A stretch of DNA of 63,997 nucleotides, counting the filler, from Trypethelium eluteriae (taxonomy: Eukaryota), in the NCBI GenBank assembly GCA_051942245.1. It is 4 parts of 4 records of this genome, joined end to end, with 100 filler letters (N's around TTAATTAATTAA, not from the genome) between each part and the next. Parts side by side here need not be neighbours in the genome. Positions count along the whole stretch, not along the records: positions 1 to 16,364 come from JAVECL010000625.1; 3 more parts are not named here. One strand, given 5' to 3'. The notes beneath the pieces are model-generated. The model worked only from the letters and a program-made list of their open reading frames with translations, made no database searches and had not been told where the DNA came from. Position numbers and translations under genes: made by a program. Below, piece by piece: positions 1 through 12,120 of this stretch (position 1 is the stretch's first letter; each line of letters starts with the position of its first letter).

Positions 1-20
1 TATCTACTGATCAGGTTGAA

Positions 21-1917
21 TTAACTCTTAAATCGCTGTGGGAGTTGTGGTTGCCGGCGAGGTCGCGCACAAGAAGAATCCGCACCGCTCACTTTAGGTG
101 CCTCAACTACTTCCACCTCTTTGATTGCCGAATTGGGTAATCGTGAGGCTTTTGGTGTGGTGTTTTGAGCTGCTTGTAGCTTGTTTATAAGCTGTTTAGT
201 GGCCTTATTTTGCTGCTGAGCCTGCTTCTTCTGTAGGGCCTTTGAGCGCTTCTGTCTTGCTGCCTCCTCTTTTGTAATAGCTGCTTGGCGCTTTCGTCGC
301 TTAATTTTAAGTGCTTTGGTCTGTTTATTGAGTGCCTTTTGCGTCTTTGTAGCCTCCTTTTCAGCGAGTTTCTGAGCTTGTTCAATCTTTTCGGCCTCCT
401 TTTCGTCAAGCCGTGCTTAGATCCTTGCCGGTGATAGGAACTCAGCTTTCGTAACCTTAGATGGCTTAAATACCGGCTTAGGTTTATGCTTTCAGCTTCG
501 TAGTAGTTGTACGGTCTTATGGAGGTTCGCTATTTCGTGATTCAAAAGCTCAACTTCGGCGGCGAGGCTGAGGTAGCTGTCTGTGAGCTGCTTGGCAGCA
601 GATAATCTCTGAGGCCCTAGAGCTTGATTAACAAGGTTCTTAGCATGCCGATAACTTTGAATTTTTACAGGTAATAGCTCTTCAGCGCCGCTTGGTTGTT
701 CGGATTGAGGTCGGCGTAGCTTATTGAGCATTATAAAAGGATCAAATGGATTCAGCCCTGTCTTGGTCCAACCACTTTGAATATTCAATTCCTTGAAAGC
801 AGCCTGCCAGGCCTTCTTAAAACAAGGATAGAAGTCTCTCTTAGAGAAGTGGATTAAGCCATGGTGCTTTATAATCCACCTATTAAGCTCTGCTGAATAA
901 TAAGTCGCTAATGGTCTAAATAAGCTCACATTAAGCGGTTGAAGTTGATGAGTCAAATGAGGTGGGAACTTTGCTATATGGATTCGGTGTTTTAAGCAGT
1001 AGTCTAAGAAGGCCATAGATAGATGGCTACTATGGCCATCTACAAATAGAAGCCGTGGATCTCTTCCATTTCGAGCTTTCTGCTTTGTAAAGCGGTTGAA
1101 TATATTGATTAGCCATTCAACACCTAATTCCTCATTCATCCAGCCACTTGATGAGCTTGCAAAAAACGTAGTATCCTCCTTCAGATCAAACCCTTTAAGC
1201 CATGAGTCTTAAATATTGAAAGTATCTGCTGAATAGATCAAACCAGCAGGTAATACAGTTCCATCCATGCAGATACCTGCAAGCACTGTAATCCAATCTC
1301 TATTGCCATCCTGTCCAGCACCAATTAATTTACCTTGCTTATAAGCTTCTCTATTGAATATTTGATGCTGTTTTTGTAAGCACCCAATCAAAAAGCCCTT
1401 TTCATCCAAATTATATGTATTTTTGGGTAGGATGCTATGTTGCTCAATTTTTGAGTGAGTCTGCTTAAATATTAGTACCTTAACCACTACTTTTTTAGAC
1501 GCTTACTAGATCAAAATAAAGCTCAATCTGAGTAGGATTATCTGCTCAAACTTGATTAAGGTTAATCGCACTTATAAAGTCGCTAGATAGCTCAGAAGTA
1601 TGGAGGTTTACGAAGCGCGAAACCCAGTTCTTTCCAGGGTAAAATCCAGTGATATTCTCGCACCAAATTCGTACCATTCCTGGCGTAGGAGGAATCCCCC
1701 GATACGTAAGTGCATTAATATAATCAATTAGGACCCGCTGCTGTTGTGTTGAGAGGTTGGCGTTGGCGTCTGCTTGAGCAATGGCTCGGTCACGAGTTAA
1801 CCCTCTGTGGCGTCGCGATAACATCGAATCGCATATTCCGAATTTTCTGGCTGTAGCAGCATAATCTTTCGCGCCTCGCGATTCCAAATCTGCAATCGCC
1901 TCATCAATTGGAGCCAT
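21..1917 (-). mobile_element. pogo/Fot1-like (Tc1/mariner superfamily) DDE transposase, RIP-inactivated
   Basis: Consecutive minus-strand ORFs give an HTH/CENP-B-type N-terminus (MAPIDEAIADL..., GKNWVSRF), NLDEKGF, DGHSSH and QPLNV (normally QPLDV, so the third catalytic Asp is lost by G>A). In-frame stops, TpA excess and a probable intron at ~1461-1506. C-terminus RPRRQPQLPQRFKS* ends at ~21. The 3' TIR would lie outside the window. Confidence 0.92.
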
Positions 1918-2886
1918 ACTGGTGGAGTTAAAAATTATTGAAGTTGTGTGTGCGGTTCGAAAAATTGCCTGCAGAAGACGATAGCCTGCAGGAGGTGGGG
2001 CGGACGAATAGTTAAAGTAGTATCACGCTACACCATCTACTAACTTCTAGATTCCAAAGATCTCCTCTTAAGGGGTAAAACTAATTAGATTAATAAGGTG
2101 GGTGATGATGTTAAACACCGTTCTCGGAGGAAAGGACTCGATTAATCTCTCTGTGTAGCCTGAGGTAAGGGCTCTATATAAACCTCATCGAAAATGAGCA
2201 CAGTAAAAAACCTAATTAACTAGTAAAATGAGGACCTACGTAGTAGGTTCGAGAATCTCGCGCATTGACCCTCGCGTAGAGCATAGCGATATTACGTGGT
2301 AGGCTAGGTTGATTGGATCAACTTCATGAAGAACATCATGAACATCATCAGTGGGCTGTTGCTACGGAGAAATCATAACCAGAGCTGTTTGCAAAGGAGG
2401 ATCAATGCAGCCTGCGTCAAGTTAGGACGTTGGGTTTCGCTGCCGCTCCACGCCGTCCCTTACTCTATCGTCTTAACGCCGTCACTGCGATTTCCTTCCG
2501 GAACTTAAAAAGAGAGGTCTCTCTTATGAAGTAATTTTCAGCCCTGTATTTTGCCGGTGCTATCTGAAGGGAAGTACCTGCTTCCTCGGTGTCACATGTC
2601 TCATTCCCCAAGAAAGTGTAGGTGGGCGACTGCGGAGTATCGTCAATCCTTTCACTTAGATGGCCTGCTATATGCTCTTGTGCCGCGGCTGTCGTTCGGT
2701 GCAAAAGACAAAGCCATACGACATGCTAGCTGACGTCTGGGACTTTCTGCAACGTAACCAACATAACATCAATATCCAGTTTTGAATCACGGATCATATA
2801 TCTTTCTTAACGGTTGTATCCCAATCTTGGCCCGTTCAAACATTGACCTCCATATAAGCAGCACATCAGTAGTTCTGCTTGTCATC

Positions 2887-3893
2887 ATGGTCAGGACTGT
2901 TTGGCAACTTACTACGGCCATCGTGACACTGGTGGCCATTGTCGACGCTGCAACCACTCCTGATATTCACCGTGTTCAGCAAGCGAGAAAGCGGCAAGCA
3001 GAACTATGCTCCCCTCTTGAGCTCGTCATCGGTGTGTTCTCCCTTGTATTGTTGCTACATACATGGGCCACAGAGACTGACTCCTCTATTTAGCTCGAGG
3101 CACCGATGAACCCGGTAATCCCACGTATGGCATCATTGTTGGAGACCCTCTCTTCAATGCTACTTCTTTCCTCATTCCCGCCGTGACTGGGTACGCCGTT
3201 AATTATCCCGCGAATCTCGATTGCGACTCGCGAGGCCTAGGTAGTACCGATATCCTCAACCATCTCGCGACACAAACTTCAACGTGTCCATCACAGAAGT
3301 TTGTGCTCGTCGGCTATTCGCAGGGCGCCGACGTAGTCCACCTTGCGACATCGCAACTTGATCCGTCATATTACCCGGCCATCGACGCAATTGTCGTCTT
3401 CGGAGATCCTGGCAATCGTGGTCCAGGCCAATTTGACCCGCTAGGATCAGCGGAGCCAGCCTTTCCAGCTGCATTGGCGAATCGAGTAAAGGAGAACTGC
3501 GCCTTTAATGATCCGGTGTGCACGAACAACGGTACAGATGTCAGCGCTCACTTGAGCTACGATAATGCGGGCACGCCCTTCATTAACGACTCTGCTCGGT
3601 ATATCGAGTTGCAGTTCCAGAACGGTGGCGATTCTGGGTCAGATTTCGCAGATGATGCTGCCCCAGGTAATCAGACTCTGGCCAATCTCTCGGCGCTTGA
3701 GAGCCTTGCATCGCTGCTTGGACAGACCTCAGTGACCGGTGCGCCATCTTGCCCTAGCACTAGCACTAGCACTCCAGGACCTACAGCTACAGGCAGCTTC
3801 CTGACGACGACTACAACGCCGACGGGTAGTATCATCTCTGCAAGCACGTCGCCTGTCGGTTCGGTAGTCTCGTCGATAGCTTCCTATCGGTGA
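2887..3893 (+). CDS. Secreted cutinase/acetylxylan esterase (CE5) with Ser/Thr-rich C-terminal tail
   Basis: Signal peptide and KR propeptide site; intron ~3032-3093 joins ...ELVI to ARGTDEPG; VNYPA, CPSQKFVLVGYSQGA nucleophile motif, FGDP, C..DPVC and catalytic His (SAHLSY). Confidence 0.9.
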
Positions 3894-5370
3894 TTCGTGA
3901 TGGCATTGGTATAGGCTCCTGTGATAAATCTACCAATACTATTCCAGGCACAACTGGAAGTAGTGCAAGATGTACATAGGGGGTTTTAATTACCAAATTG
4001 AAGGATGATTCCAGTCGAGACTAGAGATATGAGTGGAGCACAGCGGAATAACGGCCGAATGCTAATGGCGAAAGCTTGAAAGCTAGGACATATGGCTCCT
4101 TTCTGGGCTTTCTTGGTGGGAGGGTTAAAAGCCATACATCTTTTCTGAAGATGTTGACAATCGTTTGCATTCCCTCTAAACTTTCGTCCGAGCCGTTGAT
4201 TCGAAAGAACCTTGTTTGACGATAGACTCGCTCCTGCTGGTCCACTGTTGAGTGCATGATGCCTTCTCTACTGGTTGCAAGAAAGCATCGATGTATTGAG
4301 ATCACGCGTCATTATCATCAAAAAGACAAGTCACAGAAGGGCCGACTTCACCAGCTTTTCGTAGGTGTTGGTCCAAAGCAATGTTAGCCGGTCGAGGAGG
4401 GCTCTTTTCGCCATTGAACAGAGCCGTCTCATCTCGGTTTTTGTGCTCTCCCATGTGCTGCATCTCCGGTTTCCACTTTTTGGAATTTACCCACTGATCG
4501 CAACAAGTAGGCACGTCAAGCTTCATCCTACCTCCCGAATCTCGCTCATTGAGATCTTTCGTGATAGGAGACGCCTCCGCATTCAGCAACTTCGGAACTG
4601 CCAAAAGAGTAGATGCATACCTCAACAGACAGTGTCAGACATCCACGACCAAGTCGATGCTCTTCTACAATTTGTCCGATTTTCATGGAGTTAACTCGGC
4701 TGAGATCGCCATAATGGGCCGTGGAGGAACATCCTTGAGACTTAGGAATACATAGTTCCATTGCGGCGATCTTTGTAGTTGTCCGTGGTAGTTATTGAAT
4801 AATTGGAAGAATCGCACCTGTAGCGGAGGACCAGGCTCTGGCCTAATCACCCACCTAGGACGATCAGAGATGACCCTCATGACCAATCATGACACCCAAA
4901 ATCTACCACTGCTGCAATACGTTAATCTATGTCATTGAAAGTATTGCAGGGAGCTGCCTCGAATATTCAGACCTCAGAACATCTGTCGTCCCAAGTGTAG
5001 GTAGTCCTTCGACATATGAGTGAGCAGAATCCCAGGGCCTCACACTGGCACATGATTGTTTTACTTCAAGCCCTGATGAAACATCAAAGCAGAAAATAGA
5101 CATATCTACCAACTCAGATGAGTGCTCCCCACAGTACAACAACTTCTGTGAGCGCGGTGGTAGGCTCAGAAGAAGGGAAGTAGATCTGTGCTCTGCCGAG
5201 TCCTCGGTTCGCTTGCCCATTATGGCTATGAATTAAAAGCGGACTATCAATAGGGATTAGTGCCAAGGAGTTCAATGTCATATCAATTGGCCCAGAACCA
5301 GGTGCGACCTTCAACTTTAACATAGTGATGTTCTTTGGCGATTCCACGGCTGTAGCGCTTCACAGAGAAT

Positions 5371-6362
5371 TTAGAACTCTCTGGTTTTTCTTCCAGAGTA
5401 TGAACCGATATCCGAAGGTTCTTCTTGGTTTTGTTGAGCCCTGGACATGCTACGCAGTTGTTCAGACTCTGGTCCTGGTACATCTTTCGTAACATCTTCC
5501 TTGTCCTCTGACACTTCGACATCGTGATCAAGATCTACATGATGATAGAGCCAGAATGAACACGTTATAAAACAGAGGCCAAAGACACCCACGATTGCCA
5601 GATAGAATACGCAGATCTGTACAACGTCAATTTTGATTTCTTGAAGCAAGATGTTTGAGGACGGCCTCACGTTCTTGTCCGAATTCCAATCCCCACCCCG
5701 TATTAAAGGGGTGCAAACAAGAATAGTCAGGCCCATCAGGAAAAGGATTAAGGAGTAGGACATGAACATTGTGGCACATTGCCATGTAAACACCATTTTC
5801 CAGCTAGGCTTCCAGAATCCTACCTCATCACTCCCTGCTCGAGACTCGCGCTCATTTTCTTGCGGCCCCTGTTTCGATAGCATCAGGGGTAGGTGCCGCT
5901 TAAGCGTTTCTATAACAATCCTGGATGCACTACGTTCCGGAAGCTCTCCTAAGAGATTCAAGATCGCCATCTGCTGCGCAGAAAGCACAATACCTAGGAT
6001 GGAGAGTACCAGACTTGAGTACCACATAGCAAGAGAGAGCCAGTAAGCACTCGGGACGCTGAACCACGAGAAAGAGCCGATGACTGCGCCAGCGAGCACC
6101 GTACTCTGTCTACAATTAGACATATCGACCTGTTCAAAACTCCATCCAGGAGGGCTTAGCTTACGGCAAGAGAAACGAATTGCAATTCCATTAGCTTTCG
6201 ACTTCGCCAACGAGACATAAGCTGTAGAAGGATCGGAGTCTGGCCTGTCTTGGATGCATCTGCCATCTTCATGACTGGACCCATAGTATTGAACTGGAAT
6301 GATCGATAAAATGGGAGGGTGCAGATCTGCACAATGGAGTGTAGAGCAATAGGGATCCCTAT
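5371..6362 (-). CDS. Uncharacterised fungal multi-pass membrane protein (5' end unresolved)
   Basis: Exon TLPFYRSFQFNTMGP...RWRSRKLMELQFVSLA is spliced (gtaag donor ~6163) to STVLAGAVIGSFSW...; about 4 hydrophobic helices, WKMVFTWQCATMFMSYS, a further likely in-frame intron near 5620-5670 and an acidic tail. Confidence 0.7.
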
Positions 6363-6904
6363 CTAAACAATTTACTACGTGAGTAATTTGCGACCGTATT
6401 GCATCGAAACCTTTCAGACTGTGGGGCTTCGAACGTTTCTTTCATCACTTAATAACCAGGATCCTGACGCTCTGAACAGAGAGTAGACATCAGACTGTCG
6501 GAGCAAAAATTGAACTCTCACCATACCTTGGTGTACTTCTGAATTTTGGGCCATGGGCTTTTCAGATGCCGAGGGGTCTTGGATGGTAAGATATTGCGAA
6601 GCTAACTATCGTTTGGTGCGGACTTACCGACATGTTGCTCTGTAGCTCCCGAATAGAGAACGAAAGTGCGTAAGAGTATATCCCCATGCGACTCGTAGTG
6701 GCGACTGGATGAGTGTATCACTGACGACGGGACTCGTCGCTGCCATCAGACCGCACGACCACGACTCGCGATAAGTGGCTGATAAGGATGGCATGCATTG
6801 TACTGACCATGCCAGTTTGATGGGCTCTCGCACTTGTAGTGATGACCCAGCGGTTTTCTTTGGTGAGGCTGATTGCAAGGCCTGAAGGTAGAATAGATGC
6901 GGCG

Positions 6905-7280
6905 GCAGGGATCAGAAACATACCTTAGATGCATAGAATAATGCATACATAAAGCTGTATATGAATTGGATAGCATAACTACTCGCATAATATCCATATC
7001 CGGCTAGTTAGGCTCAATACCCGCCGAATTAGGTTCAATATTGGCTAATTTGTACTCTTTTTATCCATGCTAAGGTCTCTCACCTCTACGTAGGTCCCGT
7101 GACGAGTGGTCTAGACTAGACCCAATTCAGCCAATATCGGGCCTAATCCAGCGAATACTGAGCCTAATGACCCAGATGTGGATATCATGCAGATAATTAT
7201 GCTATCTAACTCTATCCAAAACTTCTGAATATGGCATAGTCTATTCCCTACTCAACTCAAGTATGTTTCCGGACCCCTGT
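6905..7280. repeat. Long imperfect inverted repeat (foldback/MITE-like)
   Basis: 6966-7052 is the reverse complement of 7121-7210 with mostly transition mismatches; outer pair 6905-6923 (gcagggatcagaaacatac) / 7261-7280 (gtatgtttccggacccctgt). Confidence 0.8.
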
Positions 7281-7728
7281 GCGGCGGATACGGTATTCCC
7301 TGCAGATAGGCACACTACACTACGACAGGCAAGGCGTGCATGATACATAGTACTTTGTTGTCCATGACAACTGTCTCTGAGGCGGTTGTATCGATGGTGG
7401 ATTATCACGAAGCACTAACGCACGTCTTCTTACCGGTCTTATTCTCGTACAGGGTGCGTTGACACGCAGATCCGTCGTCCCTCAGCCCATCACCTCAACG
7501 GCTCTACAAGCAATTTCAAATGAGGGAAGAAAGCGGTAAAAATGAGCCATACTGCTACGCCAAATCGAGATTTGTATAATATATTGTCATTGTGAAATCT
7601 TTCTTTGTAAAATGATGTTCAAATTACATGCATAAGTGACCGCCAATCTAAGTATATCACGTTGAGGACTGAGATAAGAGATCCAGGATAAGGGTCCATC
7701 ACACACGAAGAGATCTATAGTCATGTAT

Positions 7729-9620
7729 CTAGGTAGGTGCTGGATACTGCCAGAACCACCGCCATTCGTCAGGTAACTCTTCGATCGCATCCTCCGGGTT
7801 TCTCCCCTTGAATAAGGCCTCATTGGCATGCGCAAGCTGGAGATGTCTTACAAACTCATCTCGATCAGTGAAGTCCGGCAGATGACAATCATCGCCAAGA
7901 CATTTATACCGGATTCCCGTTGCGAAATGCGCCCACTTGGCATCTTCTAAAGTTCGCGCACGTCGCCGGCGGACCAGCTCCTTAGCACAATTTTGGAACA
8001 TCGCTTCATTGTCTGGTCTGCCGGCCCATTCATGAAATTTGTGTTCAATCGTCTCCATTGTGCGATACCCAGCTCCTTTGCTAAACTTGGCGCGTAGACC
8101 TCTTGGCTTCCATTCGTCCAATTCCATGTTAAGGGCTCCGTGATCATCCAATCGATAATATGGACGATCTCCTAGTATTTCATTGACCTCATCGTGAACA
8201 TTCATGGGATTGGCTCCGTCTCTTACTATGCCCATGAGCTTGTCCTTCATTGGAAGCCGTGAATGTGTGCTGCCCCGAGATGTGCCAATACTTATGACAG
8301 CCCCAAGCGGGTTAGGTCGATGAAGACTCTTAATCTCTGCGATGCCTACTTTCGTGGGATTGTTGTTCTGTTGGAGACCTCCATCGGTGTATTTCACCTT
8401 TTCCGGTGTATGTTCCTTGAGAGGCCTAAAATAGAAGGGAGCTGCCGTTGCTGCTCGAGCGACCTTCCAGATCTGCCACTTGGAAGACTCCCCAGAAGAT
8501 TCGTAGACGATGGGTGATTGCGTGGGAAATCTACTTGATCTTGCAAGGGAATTGTCAGTTTCTGTTCGGCCCGACTGGGTGCGGGAAGGTGCGTTTGCTC
8601 GTCTCTGAGTCTCGCTTTGCATACGCCTTCTCATGTTATCATAAGAGCGAAATAATAGCGGTTGATTCGCCCGGCCAGCGTCTGATGGCGTCTGTTTCAT
8701 AGCGGTCACGAAACTAGCGGTTCATTAGTTGGACTGGCTTTCCTGCATAACTTTTGAAATTACGCGCGGCACACAAAGAGGGTATAATCGTAGACAGGGC
8801 TGCCGCGACGAAACAGAAGGATATATTACTGCACTTACGTTTTGCAGAGTCCTAATTGAGACGGAAATAAAGCATCTTCGTTTCTCCCATGAGATACTTC
8901 TTCGCGGCTTCCAATAACACCCTTGAACACATTTATGAGTGTTACGCTATCGTATTTCGCTCGAGGTATGATGATGAAGGAGAGTTGTGTTAGAATCCGT
9001 GGGTCTCCAAATATTTTCTCCCCAAGAGTCTTGTATTCGTGCAGACAATCCGAAACTGGCATACGGAGCCTACCGAGCATTATTGCAATGAGTCTGTTAA
9101 GAATTAGCAATTGATTTGTATGAAGAAGCGGCAAGACTTGCGCTCCGGTACTTGAGCCGCCTATCATGTCGAAGTAATGGCACGGGAGGTATCTCTGACC
9201 GGACTTCCATCTGCGAAACCTGTGCGCATCCTCTGCTCGAAATGGTCCATGCGACACATTGTCAGGGAAATCCAATGGGGCAAAGCTATGTTCGGCCTGT
9301 TGAAGATCGTCGGTCGGAGAGAGTTCTTCACAGTCCCAAAGATAATGTTGCGGGTCAAGCTCAACTTGCGCGATGAAGTCCATCAGACTCTCGAGCGCTA
9401 AAAGAGTCCAAATGCCCCGTATGCCACCGCCATCTGGTTGAGAGGGATTTAGATCTCGCATTTTGCGCGTTTAGACAAGGAGGAAAAGAAGCTCACCCAA
9501 ACTTAATAGATTGCGCTCATTCCATGCGTCTGTTCGGTGGGAACTCTGGTTCTGTCGCGTTGAACTTTCGGCCTGGAGTGGCTCCTCAGTGGTGATGGCA
9601 TCTGTAATCGTGGACACCAT
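7729..9620 (-). CDS. Patatin-like phospholipase (iPLA2-gamma type) with C-terminal C2H2-like motif
   Basis: Spliced model MVSTIT...RNLLSL|DGGGIRG; GSSTG (GxSxG), IAIMLGRLRM, ARAATAAPFYF, DGG, VISIGT; tail CxxxxC...HxxxxH; 3 introns. Confidence 0.92.
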
Positions 9621-12120
9621 AATTCATGATATTGTAGAGACGCAGCAAGTACTTTGGCAATACTGCGCAACATATTATGACGAGACTGGCTATAGAGACG
9701 GAAAACAATGCTAGGCTGTCCTAAACGAAAGGAGAAACACAAAAGGCGCCTAGACATTATCGACATTGCAGCATACAAGAGCGAGTGATGGCCATCATGA
9801 GATCCAAGCCACCGCCATTTGAGTTATTCCAGGCTACAGTAAATCCAGCGATTATACGCTGTTTGCCTAGAATCTGGCTCGATACGCTTGGATCTCAGGC
9901 TGATGGAGAGGCTGGCAAGAGGCAAAAGAAATCCTGGGTCTGAAGTACCCGCACGTGCGGTGTGATTAGCGTACTAAACGTCGTAGGGGCATGAGAGAGA
10001 TCGATGTAGATACTTTCATCGGATGGATATAAGGAAAAGTACTTGCTTTGCCTTGGGCCCAGCGAGAAAAGCCTTTCCCAGTTCCGGTGGACGATCCAGT
10101 CTGACATGCGTCAAGGAAGCAGCTTTTGTCTACTTCGTATTGATAACGCTCAAATACAGGAGGCTCTGCGATGTGATGCTATTCGTCCTTCGAAGACGTG
10201 ATCGCGACAGGGGCATTGACTGACTTGTTTCCGGAGCTCAGAGAGCCTGCACGCGACTGCATCCTACAGACGCTATCCTATGGATTCGTGAAGCGGAGTG
10301 ATATCGAAGGGTGTGCATCGCGGAAGCAGTAATATGTGGTCCCTTCCAATCAGAGCACATCAGGTCGTGGAACTTCTAGCAAGGAGAGTCGATAGCCGCC
10401 TAAAGGGAGATAGAGTACGATAATGAGGTGAAGCCTCGTCTCAGCCCGAGCTGCCCTGTGAGGCCTGTGCTAAACTCTTTCCGACCGAATCTCACTTTAC
10501 TTAAGCGGTCAAGGCAGAAAAGCAACGTTCGAGAAGCTATATTGAGCGTCAGTATTACGTAGACAGCATCCCGCCCGACGCTCGTTGTTTTTGGCTAGGT
10601 ATGTACGTACAGTCGCCCGAGATATGTATACCTCTTTATACCCGGGTCCATGCTGACATCCGCGCCCCCGCCCGATGGCTTGATGGCTTTTGTCGGTATT
10701 AGAAGACGGATCAAGAGATGTTGCCTTCAATTTCAGCTCATTGGTCTAGACCAATCAAAAGGAATTCGCGGTCACCCTTTTCGACAGGCAATCGCCTCTT
10801 TTCAGAAAGCAAAAAACCTGCCTACGTACCACATGATATGTTATTAATCGGACACTACATAAAGGTAGGGTAAGCACGCATATCCTAATAGCTGAGCCTC
10901 CCGTCTATGAATACCTTCAATCCGCATACTTGCGTGCACCTATCGATTTTGTCGCTTTTCCGTGGCGTACTGTTATATGGAAACACACACGATCAGACAG
11001 GAACGCACTGGGCCGAATGATATTGTTAGAACAGATCAGTCATTTCGCAAAGGCGGAAATCATAATAGCTTGTCTTTGAGCCGGCCCAAATCTCGATGCT
11101 TTGTTTACGACTGCGAGAATGTCAAGTTAACCGTGGAGACGGTCCAAGGTCTGTGTTATCTCTTTCGAAAATGCTGTACCAGCTGACTCATCCATCTCAG
11201 AACAAGAGGAAGACGTTCAAAAGATACCGCTCAAGCGTGGCCAAAGACACATTACACTCTTCGTGAACCCTGATACTGTAGAAGAAGAGGGTAGAACAGA
11301 TTTGAAGACGGAGACCGACCCCAATCATCTACTGTTTGCCACACTTGACCTTCGAGGCGAAGGTCTTTTTGATAAATTCAATATGATGACTGGAAGACTC
11401 AACACTCTTTGCGTCAAACGAGGTATTAGCAGCCGTGCCTTGAAGGTATCGGATTAATGTATTGGCTAAGTTGATAGGCTGAGCTATAAATGCACCGTTG
11501 ATCAACGATGATTCATTGGGTCTTTCTTGAAGTGATGCATGTCACGAGTACGTTAGGGCGCAATTATCAGCCAATTATGCAGAGAGATCGAGATTCTTGA
11601 ACGGCATCCCGCTTCCGTTGCCACCCCCTGAAGAGCACTCTTGCACAGACGCCGAGTGGGTGTTGGGCTTCAAAGCTGATGAGGGTTCGACCGTGAATGG
11701 CATTGTTCTGCATCCAAACTGCAAGATCTTAGCAAAGTCGAACATTTTATGGTGCTCTTACAACAGTGTTATATCATACTTACGGCTCATATTCCAACGC
11801 ACGGTCGGTTCTTACACCGATATCTATTTTGAATGACCTATGACAATGTAGCTACGAAAGTTGTAGATGATAGGCTGGTCGACGAGAAAGAGTCAGGTGG
11901 TGACTATCTTGAGCCTCTAAAAACGGCTGTCTAGTGTTAACGGCCAGCATAAAGATAGAACTCCGCAATGAACTATGGTAGGTGACGACCTTATCACGGT
12001 CATTGTGGAAGAAATAGACACACGTCACTTTGCGGTCTTCTAGCGATTCAAGACATGATCCTGCGGCCTCAAGAACTTCAAACGTCAACAAGACTTTAAG
12101 AAAGGAGCCTATGACTACCA

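Noticed and set aside
9895..11836. Short ORFs between the patatin and MTG2
   Set aside because: No recognisable domain or coherent gene model.
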